Shown: positions 1-8,490 of the stretch, one piece after another | How the letters are laid out: every line of letters starts with the position of its first letter | Position numbering within the stretch: position 1 is the stretch's first letter | DNA from: Fibrobacteria bacterium | GTDB lineage: Bacteria > Fibrobacterota > Fibrobacteria > UBA11236 | Direction: 5' to 3' | Length of the DNA: 64,000 nt | NCBI GenBank assembly: GCA_041746255.1 | Contig: JBGTHM010000019.1 | Span: forward strand, 1-64,000 | The notes under the pieces: generated by a model | Databases searched by the model: none | Told to the model about the DNA's origin: nothing | Seen by the model: only the letters and a program-made list of their open reading frames with translations | Made by a program: the position numbers and the translations under genes

Positions 1-138
1 CCAAAATCCGTACCCAAAGTGACCGGCAATGAGTAACTTCTAATCGGTTGAAATCCGGTCCATGGTGACCGGCTATGACAAGGGTGGCTGTCGGTCACTT
101 TGAACCGGATCGCCCGGTCACTTTCACCGGATTCTGCA
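1..138 (-). mobile_element. IS21-family insertion sequence end (element continues left of the window)
   Basis: Read on the minus strand from 138: TGCAGAATCCGGTGAAAGTGACCGG. It has a TG terminus and four ~20-bp ATCCG-N(6-7)-AGTGACCG-type repeats (6-26, 53-72, and inverted at 91-110, 114-132). Multiple terminal repeats are typical of IS21 ends. Confidence 0.75.
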
Positions 139-594
139 GGTAGCGAAGACAATGGCGTGCATGTAGGTATTAACGGTAAATATCCGGAGTCTGGCGCCCG
201 CATGCAATGGTGCACCGGCAAGAACAGTTGGAAATGGGAAAACAAACAGCGAACCGACAAAAATCATTGCGGCGAAGGCAAGATTTCGCTGGATGTCCCC
301 TCCGCGGGCGAGCATACCATTTCTTTTTCGCTGCGCGAAGATGGCTTTGAAATGGACAAATGGCTGATGACGAAAAACGCCAGTTATTCGCCAACGGGAG
401 CGGGCCCGGCGGAAAGCACTACGAAAGGGGGAAGCACCGCTCTGAGATTGGATGCGGGAAATCCCAATGGAATGAGGGCTTTTAAAGTGGAAAACCCTCT
501 GGCCAACACCTATTATAAGATTGACGGGAGAAATATCCCGAATAATGCCCCTCAGAAGCTAGCAGAGGGTTTGTACATCTTGCGCCGGGATTAA
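139..594 (+). pseudogene. 3' remnant of an IS-interrupted secreted protein (carbohydrate-active-like module plus T9SS-like tail)
   Basis: Protein-like sequence GSEDNGVHVGING...REDGFEMDKW starts exactly at the IS junction. The first 13 codons of ORF 100..594 are IS DNA. It ends with a YYKIDGR...GLYIL tail. Confidence 0.65.
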
Positions 595-606
595 TGGTGA
601 AAAGGG

Positions 607-639
607 AAGGCCGATTCGGGGAGCGAATCGGCCTTTTTT
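607..639. terminator. Intrinsic terminator between convergent genes
   Basis: 12-bp stem AAGGCCGATTCG/CGAATCGGCCTT with a 5-nt loop and a T-run. Confidence 0.8.
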
Positions 640-671
640 GTCCAACAGGATGTCGAGAAAAGGCGAGGACT

Positions 672-1154
672 TTAAAAGGGTAAGTCGTCTTCCGCAGCGG
701 GCGGCATGCTCGAAGGTTGATAAGCCGATCGGCCGCCTCTATCCTGGGATTGTTCGCGTGGCGGCTCCTGGCTGAAGGAGTCTTCTCCGCCACCCTGATT
801 GAAACCACCTTCCCGGTTACCCCCGGGTTTACCAAGCATCACCATGGAATCGCCCACGATTTCGGTGGTATAACGTTTGTTACCGTTTTGGTCGTCCCAG
901 GAACGGGTTTGCAGACGGCCTTCGATATACACTTGGGACCCTTTGTGTAAGTACTTTTCCGCGATTTCCGCCAAGCCTCTCCACAAAACGATGTTATGCC
1001 ACTCGGTTTTATCCACCTTTTGGCCGTCACGGTTGGTGTAGCTTTCCGAGGTCGCGATGGAAAAGGAGGCTACCTTTACTCCGGACGGAATAGCCCGCAC
1101 ATCCGGATCTTTGCCCAAGTTTCCAATCAACATTACTTTATTCAACGAGCCCAT
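672..1154 (-). CDS. ssb: Single-stranded DNA-binding protein
   Basis: [18 protein letters not shown]-terminus, TEWH and [12 protein letters not shown] motifs, acidic DDLPF tail. AGGAG precedes ATG 1154. Confidence 0.97.
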   Translation of the reverse strand: MGSLNKVMLIGNLGKDPDVRAIPSGVKVASFSIATSESYTNRDGQKVDKTEWHNIVLWRGLAEIAEKYLHKGSQVYIEGRLQTRSWDDQNGNKRYTTEIVGDSMVMLGKPGGNREGGFNQGGGEDSFSQEPPREQSQDRGGRSAYQPSSMPPAAEDDLPF

Positions 1155-1252
1155 TTTATTCTCCTGCTTCTCCCCGAATCGGAAATAACCCGGGGGCACT
1201 TTAGCATCAAGTTAAGTACTTTTACCTCACCAGGAAATCCCCGTAAGGCAGC

Positions 1253-2356
1253 ATGCAAAATAGCAAATTAAAGGTCCGGCTCCCCGTGGAAAGGCTGGAA
1301 AAGTGTTGGCCGCAACCCCTTAAAAACGCCAGAATCGGGGCGGTTCTCCACCCCGCATCGGTTTCCGCCGGCCTCACTCACACCTCCCGCATTCTGAAAT
1401 CCCACGACGGTAATCTCTTCCGCCTGGGGGCGCTGTTCGGTCCCCAACACGGATACCTCGGCCAAACCCAGGACAACATGATTGAGTGGCAGGGATATAC
1501 CCATCCCCAATGGGGGATCCCCGTTTACAGTCTCTACGGGGAGCACCGGGAGCCGACGGCCGAAATGCTCAGCGGCCTCGACGCCCTATTCATAGACTTG
1601 CAGGATGTGGGTGCTCGCTATTACACCTTCATTTGGACCTTGTATTTGTGCATGCGGGCATGCGAGAAAGCGGGCATTCCGGTTATCGTCAGTGATAGGC
1701 CCAATCCCTTGAATAATGTGACGGTGGAAGGCCCCATACTCCATCCGGAATACCGTTCCTTCGTCGGCTTGCATCCCATTCCGGTGCGCCATGGCAAAAC
1801 CATCGGCCAGTTGGCGGAACAATTCCAAAAGGAGGCGTTTCCCGAATGCAACCTAATCGTACTTTCCATGGAAGGTTGCGAAAGGGACATGTGGTTCGAT
1901 GAAACGGGCCTTCCCTGGGTTTTGCCGTCTCCCAACATGCCCACTCTCGACACGGCCATCGTCTACCCCGGCATGTGCCTTTTCGAAGCCACGAATGTTT
2001 CGGAGGGGCGAGGTACCAGTCGGCCTTTCGAGCTTTTCGGAGCGCCCTTCATCCACGGAGAAGACTTTACCCAAAAGCTGAATGCCTTAAATCTGCCCGG
2101 GGTGTTTTTCCGGGAGGCTTACTTCCAGCCGACTTTCCATAAATTTCAGGGAGAGTTGTGCCAGGGAGCGCAATTTCATGTACTTAACCGAAACGAATTT
2201 CTTCCCTTCGCCACCGCCGTGGAAATTCTCAAGCTGCTACGGAGGGAATATCCCGAGTTCCGTTGGAAAGAACCTCCCTATGAATATGAATACCATAAGT
2301 TACCCATCGAGATTTTAATTGGTGGGCGGCTAAACTCTATTTTCCCGGATGGATAA
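1253..2356 (+). CDS. namZ: Exo-beta-N-acetylmuramidase NamZ family (DUF1343, GH171)
   Basis: LFGPQHG, YSLYG, DLQDVGARYYT, DRPNP, PSPNMPT and SEGRGT motifs. No signal peptide. Confidence 0.9.
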   Translation: MQNSKLKVRLPVERLEKCWPQPLKNARIGAVLHPASVSAGLTHTSRILKSHDGNLFRLGALFGPQHGYLGQTQDNMIEWQGYTHPQWGIPVYSLYGEHREPTAEMLSGLDALFIDLQDVGARYYTFIWTLYLCMRACEKAGIPVIVSDRPNPLNNVTVEGPILHPEYRSFVGLHPIPVRHGKTIGQLAEQFQKEAFPECNLIVLSMEGCERDMWFDETGLPWVLPSPNMPTLDTAIVYPGMCLFEATNVSEGRGTSRPFELFGAPFIHGEDFTQKLNALNLPGVFFREAYFQPTFHKFQGELCQGAQFHVLNRNEFLPFATAVEILKLLRREYPEFRWKEPPYEYEYHKLPIEILIGGRLNSIFPDG

Positions 2357-3248
2357 CCGCACCTTAACGGCATTCTTTTTATGCGCAGGTTATGGACAAA
2401 GACTGCGTCCCTTAACCGACCGCATTCCCAAGCCGCTCATCCCGTTTCAAGGAATCTCGGCGCTGGAATGGAATTTCCGGGCGGCGCAAAAACTCATGGC
2501 CGCCCAAAGTCTGGTGAATGCCCATCACCTTCCGGAAAATGTGGAGATGGAAGCGCGTCGACTGGGCATGCCCGCTTTATATGAACGCGAGATAATGGGG
2601 ACGGGCGGTTGTCTCTGGAATGCCCGCCATCTTTTGACGCAAACGGATGGGTTCCTGGTGCATAACGCCGATTTGGTGCATAACATCGACTTGGTGCAAT
2701 TATACGAGGAGCACAAGCGTTCGGGAAATATCGCCACGTTGGGAGCATTGTTTCGGCCCGCCATCAATTCCTTGAGCTGCAGCCAGGGAATGCAGCTTTT
2801 GGGAGTGCACCAATACCAAGAATTCGATCATAGAGATGAAATGACCCGTCTCACCTTTTCCGGCATCGCTTTTTACAACAGAGAGTTCCTTCAATTTGTG
2901 GAGCCGGGCTGCGAAGACATCAAGGCGTATTGGGTCAAGGCGCTGGAAGCGGGGGAGCGCATCGGCCTGGTTAACTTGACCCATACTGCAGCCTGGTACG
3001 ATTTCGGAACGCCGCAAGGATTATGGGATACCGCCCGCTTTATGATGGAAGCCACCGGAGAATACAGCTTCAATTATTATCCGCTCTTGCGTGAGCCCCG
3101 TCCTTATATCGCCAACGAGGCAGGGCAGGACGATTTGCCGGAGGCGTTGCGTAACGTGCTGGTGATGGAAGAAAGCGCCACCCCGATAATGCCCGGAACC
3201 GCCGACCGTATCATCGGGCGTGATTTTCAATGGGAGATCGTTCCCTGA
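2349..3248 (+). CDS. Sugar-1-phosphate nucleotidyltransferase, MurU-like
   Basis: LCAGYGQRLRPLTDRIPKPL, GTGG, NAD, TFSGI and WYDFGTP motifs. Overlaps the namZ stop. Confidence 0.8.
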   Translation: MDNRTLTAFFLCAGYGQRLRPLTDRIPKPLIPFQGISALEWNFRAAQKLMAAQSLVNAHHLPENVEMEARRLGMPALYEREIMGTGGCLWNARHLLTQTDGFLVHNADLVHNIDLVQLYEEHKRSGNIATLGALFRPAINSLSCSQGMQLLGVHQYQEFDHRDEMTRLTFSGIAFYNREFLQFVEPGCEDIKAYWVKALEAGERIGLVNLTHTAAWYDFGTPQGLWDTARFMMEATGEYSFNYYPLLREPRPYIANEAGQDDLPEALRNVLVMEESATPIMPGTADRIIGRDFQWEIVP

Positions 3249-4372
3249 AGCCTCATTTGGTCTTCTATTCCTACGACTTCCAGCAAAATCCCTGGTGCGG
3301 GGGCGGCGGAGCCTATCGTGATTTCGAGGTGCTGAGGCGTCAGGGAGAATTCTGGGAATCGATAACTCTGTATGTTGGAAGTTACCCCGGATGCCGAGAG
3401 ACGGTAACCGACGGCTTGCGGATAATTCCCTTGGGATTCGGGCGAGGTACTTATCTTCTATCGCGACTGACCTACTCTCTGATGGCCAACTTGAACATGC
3501 TTTTCCAGCGTGGCAAGGTTTTGGGAAATGCCTTGTCCATATACGCGCCACTCCCGGCCATCCTGTTTTTCCCTAGCCGCTCCTTTCTGGTATTGCATCA
3601 CTATGTGGGCGCGCAGTCCATGCGCAAATTCGGGTCCCTGGGAGTGATCGCATATATAGCCGAGCAGGTTATGCTGCGTGGTTTGCGCCATGCCTTGGTT
3701 TCCAACCGCATGCTGGCCGAAAAGATTCGGAAATTAAACGGCAAAGCCAAACTGTTGAAGACCACGAACGGTTTCGATGAAACCTTGCTGGAGCGAAAGG
3801 CAGTGGAGAAGGATTTCATTCTTTTCATGGGGCGTTTCGACGTTTATATGAAGGGCATTGATCTTCTGGTAAAGGGCTTTGCAAAAGCCGTTACAGGAAG
3901 AGATAAGGGTATGCGGCTCATCCTTGCCGGGCGCTCCTCGCCGGCGACTCAAGCCGAAGTTATCGGTTTGGTCGAAGCCCAAAAATTAGGCAGCCAGGTG
4001 GAGGTGCTGACCAATATCTCCGACGATAAAAAAAAGGAGTTGCTCTCCTCTTGTCTCTTTTTTTGCAGTCCGTCACGTTTCGAGGGCTGGGGCATTGCCG
4101 CCCTGGAAGCCAATGCGGCCGGTAAGGCGGTGCTGGTTACGGAAACCGATGGATTCTTGGACAGCATAGCCCGTGACAAGTCGGGTTTGTTTATTCCGGT
4201 GGAGAACGAGGAGGCTTTGGTACAAGGACTTAAGATGTTTATGGACGATGCGGAGCTGCGCCATGCCCTGGGTAGGGGCGGCAGGGAATGGGCGCGCACC
4301 TTCACCTGGGAGTCGATTGCGCGCCGGGAAGGGGAGTGGTTGCGGTCATCCATGGCAATAGGGAGTTGGTAG
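3230..4372 (+). CDS. GT4 glycosyltransferase
   Basis: FMGRFDVYMKG and PSRFEGWGIAALEANAAG (Ex7E) motifs. Confidence 0.9.
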   Translation: MGDRSLKPHLVFYSYDFQQNPWCGGGGAYRDFEVLRRQGEFWESITLYVGSYPGCRETVTDGLRIIPLGFGRGTYLLSRLTYSLMANLNMLFQRGKVLGNALSIYAPLPAILFFPSRSFLVLHHYVGAQSMRKFGSLGVIAYIAEQVMLRGLRHALVSNRMLAEKIRKLNGKAKLLKTTNGFDETLLERKAVEKDFILFMGRFDVYMKGIDLLVKGFAKAVTGRDKGMRLILAGRSSPATQAEVIGLVEAQKLGSQVEVLTNISDDKKKELLSSCLFFCSPSRFEGWGIAALEANAAGKAVLVTETDGFLDSIARDKSGLFIPVENEEALVQGLKMFMDDAELRHALGRGGREWARTFTWESIARREGEWLRSSMAIGSW

Positions 4373-4464
4373 CCATGCACCCAGGATAACGCTAAATTAG
4401 GGATTGATAAAGGTTAATCGAAAAAAGTAAATGCGCCTTTTTGGAAAAATAATGGAGAATAACA

Positions 4465-5751
4465 TTGCCTTATAGCGAAATTACAAAATGCCGAGTGTGC
4501 GGGAATACGCAATTGGAGCCGGTTTTAAATTTGGGCATGCAGGCCTTGACCGGGGTTTTTCCAAAAGTAGGAGAAGAAGTCGAAACTTCGCCCGTCGTGC
4601 TGGTCAAGTGCCATGGAGAAGAAGCATGCGGGTTGGTGCAAATTAAGCACAGTGTTTCCCTGGAAGTTATGTATGGCGATAATTACGGTTATCGATCCGG
4701 ACTCAACCGATCCATGGTGGATCATCTCCAGGACTTGGCAAAATATTGCTTGGAGTCGGTAAACCTGGAAGCGGGGGATTTGGTGCTGGATATCGGAAGC
4801 AATGATGGAACATTGCTGCGATCCTACCAAAAATTGCAATCGTCGTCCCATCTAAACAAGATTCCGGAAGATATCACCTTTGTTGGAATGGATCCGACCA
4901 TCCAGAAATTCCGACAGTACTATAATGAGGGCATAGTTACGGTAGCGGATTTTTTCAGTGCGAAAGCTTTCGCTGAACATTTTGGAGAGAAGGTTCGCAA
5001 GGCCAAGATTATCACTTCGATTGCCTGTTTCTACGATTTGGAAGACCCTGTCGCATTCGCGAAGGACATTAAAAATGTATTGCACCCCGACGGGATATGG
5101 GTGTTTGAGCAAAGCTATTCTCTGCTGATGCTTGCCAAAAACATGTATGACACGGCCGTACAGGAGCATTTGGAATATTATTCGCTTGGGGTAATCAGCC
5201 GCATACTGAAAGACGCCGGGCTCTCCATTCGCGAGGTTGACTTGAACGATTGCAATGGTGGAAGCTTCCGGATAGTTGCTGAACATTTCAAAAATAAGCC
5301 GCCGCATCCTTCGGTACGGTTGTTGGAAAAGCAGGAAGATATATTAGGACTGAACGGATTGGCCATTTACAGGCATTTTGAAAGTAGCGCCAATCTACAC
5401 AAACAAGAGTTCCGCAAGCTATTGGAAGACATCAAGAACAGAGGTCAAACCGTATATGGCTTGGGGGCATCCACCAAATTCAATGCGGTATTGCAATTTT
5501 GTGAAATCGGCCCCAATTTATTGGCTAAAATCGGGGAAGTGAATGAGGATAAGTTCGGACGCACGACGCCCGGAAGTAAAATTCCCATTGTACCTGAAAA
5601 TGAGGTTTTTCAGTCCAAGCCAGACTATTTGGTTGTTGGGCCGTATCACTTTAAACCTTTCTTGCTGAAGCTACCCCAGGTGATCAAATATTTGGCGGAT
5701 GGCGGCAAACTGATTTTCCCCCTTCCGTCCCTGGAAATCATATCCGGATGA
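4465..5751 (+). CDS. NDP-hexose C-methyltransferase family protein
   Basis: N-terminal CRVC zinc site, YGYRSG, LDIGSNDG, EHLEYY, NGGS, YGLGASTK and LIFPLP motifs. GGAG precedes TTG. Confidence 0.85.
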   Translation: MPYSEITKCRVCGNTQLEPVLNLGMQALTGVFPKVGEEVETSPVVLVKCHGEEACGLVQIKHSVSLEVMYGDNYGYRSGLNRSMVDHLQDLAKYCLESVNLEAGDLVLDIGSNDGTLLRSYQKLQSSSHLNKIPEDITFVGMDPTIQKFRQYYNEGIVTVADFFSAKAFAEHFGEKVRKAKIITSIACFYDLEDPVAFAKDIKNVLHPDGIWVFEQSYSLLMLAKNMYDTAVQEHLEYYSLGVISRILKDAGLSIREVDLNDCNGGSFRIVAEHFKNKPPHPSVRLLEKQEDILGLNGLAIYRHFESSANLHKQEFRKLLEDIKNRGQTVYGLGASTKFNAVLQFCEIGPNLLAKIGEVNEDKFGRTTPGSKIPIVPENEVFQSKPDYLVVGPYHFKPFLLKLPQVIKYLADGGKLIFPLPSLEIISG

Positions 5752-6671
5752 GATGGCCGGGTCTAGGGTTTTGGGTCAAGTTTTCCGTCAGCTTTACCCT
5801 TCTCCTTTTCCTGATTTTCACCATTGAATGGCAACAGGTATGGGTTTCGCTTAGGCAAGCTCGACTGGATTTGGTCCTGTTGGGATACGTGCTTGCTTTA
5901 GGCATCCTTTTTCTGCAGGCTTGGCGGTGGAAAGTCTTGTTGAATATTCCCGAGCTTCCCATTACCAAATACCTCCACTTTATTTTCGTCGGTATTTTTT
6001 ATCGATTTTTTTTACCCGGAAGTATGAGTGCCGATATCTTGAAAATGATATTGTTTGGAAAAAAATATGACAAATCGCTGCATGATTCCAGTCCGGTGTT
6101 CTTATCCCAGTTTTTGGGACTCGGTATGCAATGGGTGGCGGGGCTGGTGGGACTGATTTATTACAACGATTTGTTGTTACAAGTATTTCGCGAGGCGGAA
6201 TGGTCCTGGAAAAAGCAGATTATAACCATTATCATTGGCGTAGGATTTATTGCGATCTTGTTTTTAGTACCCGCTTTCCGGGCCTTTCTATCCAAAGTAA
6301 AGGAGGCCATGAAAAAATCGCTCACGACTCCAGGGTTGGTTTCCCGGGTTTTTTGGATAACCCTAGGCATTCAAATTCTGATGATTGGATCCGCCTATTC
6401 CATTTTTTGGGGAGTGGGGGTAGAAATTCCGCTCCTATTCCTTTGCTTGCAAATGGCCATCGTGAATTCCGTACTGATTCTTCCAATCAGCATAAACGGC
6501 ATAGGCGTAGTGGAATATCTGAACATTCTTTTCATCCAGAATACCTTGGGCTACCCCGCGCATCAAATCATTGCGGTCAGCGCCGTGAGTTATTCGTTAT
6601 TAGTTGTTAATGCCTTGATTGGCGGAAGTTGGATACTGTGGCGGAATCTGGGAAGCGCCAAGCAGGGATAA
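5748..6671 (+). CDS. UPF0104 / LPG-synthase TM-domain membrane protein (flippase-like)
   Basis: Multiple TM helices with RW, FLPGS..D and LPISINGIGVVE motifs. Confidence 0.8.
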   Translation: MRWPGLGFWVKFSVSFTLLLFLIFTIEWQQVWVSLRQARLDLVLLGYVLALGILFLQAWRWKVLLNIPELPITKYLHFIFVGIFYRFFLPGSMSADILKMILFGKKYDKSLHDSSPVFLSQFLGLGMQWVAGLVGLIYYNDLLLQVFREAEWSWKKQIITIIIGVGFIAILFLVPAFRAFLSKVKEAMKKSLTTPGLVSRVFWITLGIQILMIGSAYSIFWGVGVEIPLLFLCLQMAIVNSVLILPISINGIGVVEYLNILFIQNTLGYPAHQIIAVSAVSYSLLVVNALIGGSWILWRNLGSAKQG

Positions 6672-6673
6672 TC

Positions 6674-7729
6674 TCAGCCTTCCAGAAATTCAAGGTAGTT
6701 CTTGGCAGCCATGGTCCAATTGGCATCGTCACGGTATTTTTGGATCCCGGAGAGGTAGCGCGGATAGTTTGCGAAAACCGTGTGGATGGCGGTCTTTATT
6801 TCTGCAGGACTTAAGGAGTCCAGGGTCTCTCCCGTATGGTATTTCAGCACGATTTCACAAAGAGGCCCTGTTCCCGGTAGGATAACGGGGATATTGTAGA
6901 CGCCTGATTCCGATGCCACCCCGGATTGATAGTGCAGATCAATATAGGGCAGGATCAATACGTCGGCATTTTCGAAATAAGCTTCCTTCTCTTCCTCCCC
7001 GATCCAATCTTTACAGATAAATTGGACGTTTCCTACCTGGGCAAAATTTTTCACCAACTGCTGACGGTAGTTTTCATGCTGAGGATCGCTGGAACAAGCC
7101 ACCGTGAAATTGATTTCAGGACAGGCCTTGGCAATTTCCGTAAATAGATGGACGCCCTTTGCTGGGTTAAGCTTCCCGAAAAACAATGCCTCTTTGAACG
7201 ACGTGCGAAGTCGGGGAATGGGCTTGGGTAAAAGTCCCAGGTAAATACATCGGACATTGCGAACACCATACTTCCGTAAATTACCTGCCTGGGTTTCCGT
7301 ATGGAGTATCACGCCCGAGCTCAGGTGGGAAATTAGGATTTCTAAAACGAGATGAAACAGGTAGGCGGGATTTTTTAAAAAATGGCGTAAGGAGCGGATA
7401 TGGTGAAGCTCATGGATGGTTACAATAACCCGTTTTTTGCGAAGCGACCACAGGAACAGGAGGAAATTAAGGCCCAGAAATCGTTTACCGTAAAATCCGA
7501 TGATGAATTGAACGGATACGTAATCGATATTCTCCCGCTTGATTATGCGGGCGACATCCCGGAGTCCGGTGAATGAATTGGAGCGGATAGGAAAATCGCA
7601 ATCGGAATCATCAATTCCGAAGGTGATCAGTTCATGGCCAAGGGAGCGGAGTTCATCGAAAAGATTGCGGGTTAAGTAAGCGATACCGCATTTTTTCGGA
7701 GGAAAGCTGGATAGTACGGCAATTTTCAT
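6674..7729 (-). CDS. GT4 glycosyltransferase
   Basis: SSFPPKKCGIA, TIHE, FFGKLNPAKG and LPY...QSGV motifs. Confidence 0.85.
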   Translation of the reverse strand: MKIAVLSSFPPKKCGIAYLTRNLFDELRSLGHELITFGIDDSDCDFPIRSNSFTGLRDVARIIKRENIDYVSVQFIIGFYGKRFLGLNFLLFLWSLRKKRVIVTIHELHHIRSLRHFLKNPAYLFHLVLEILISHLSSGVILHTETQAGNLRKYGVRNVRCIYLGLLPKPIPRLRTSFKEALFFGKLNPAKGVHLFTEIAKACPEINFTVACSSDPQHENYRQQLVKNFAQVGNVQFICKDWIGEEEKEAYFENADVLILPYIDLHYQSGVASESGVYNIPVILPGTGPLCEIVLKYHTGETLDSLSPAEIKTAIHTVFANYPRYLSGIQKYRDDANWTMAAKNYLEFLEG

Positions 7730-8490
7730 CGAGGGAAAAAAAGGAAATCATTGATGTAATGGGGATTGGCGGGGTCTTGCATAAATTCCCGATATTCGCT
7801 TACGGAACGTTTACGGCCATTTTCGAAGAAAAATCCTACGAAACCCAGCGACTCGATAAAATCAATGGTTTCTTTCGCAGGTTTTCCAGTATGTTGCTTT
7901 TCAATTTCAACCAAAAGAATCGGCTTATTTCGCTGGAGGGTTTTCAGGCCACCCTTAATCACATTCACTTCATGGCCTTCAACGTCAATTTTGATTAAGC
8001 CGATATTATCCAGACCCTGCGAGTCCAAGGTATCCAAGCGAATATCCTGGAAAACATAGGACTCTGAGGCTTCGGATTCTTTTAGAACGCGGCCTCGACC
8101 ATGAATGGGAACTCCCCCTTCGGTAGAGAGGGCCAGCTCGCTTTGCCCCGCTTCATCGGAGAGGGCGCATTTATGTAAGCTGCAATTGGAGGGCAGAACT
8201 TTTTCCAAAAACCTTCCCAATTCGAAGTTCGGTTCGAAGGAATGGACTTTGGCGAATCTTTGCGACATGAAATAGGAAACGATTCCCCGGTTTGCTCCGA
8301 TATCCAAAGCCGTTTTGCCGGGATCAGCCGCACGGAAAGCTTCCTGGAAGATTTGTTGTTTCGGAATTGACGAGAGACGTATGAGGATTTGATAAACCAA
8401 TGAATCCGGTAATTGCCGGGAGATCCATTTGGTTAAACGGACTTTCGCTTGACGAAGGGCCCCTAATTTGTGGGAACGTAGCGTATCCAT
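7726..8490 (-). CDS. FkbM-family methyltransferase
   Basis: LDIGANRG, FEPN, ALSD and IKIDVEGHE motifs. Confidence 0.9.
   Translation of the reverse strand: MDTLRSHKLGALRQAKVRLTKWISRQLPDSLVYQILIRLSSIPKQQIFQEAFRAADPGKTALDIGANRGIVSYFMSQRFAKVHSFEPNFELGRFLEKVLPSNCSLHKCALSDEAGQSELALSTEGGVPIHGRGRVLKESEASESYVFQDIRLDTLDSQGLDNIGLIKIDVEGHEVNVIKGGLKTLQRNKPILLVEIEKQHTGKPAKETIDFIESLGFVGFFFENGRKRSVSEYREFMQDPANPHYINDFLFFPR

Noticed and set aside
1..138. Short repeats as a CRISPR array or iterons
   Set aside because: The repeats are degenerate, in both orientations, irregularly spaced and end at a TG/CA terminus, which fits an IS21 end.
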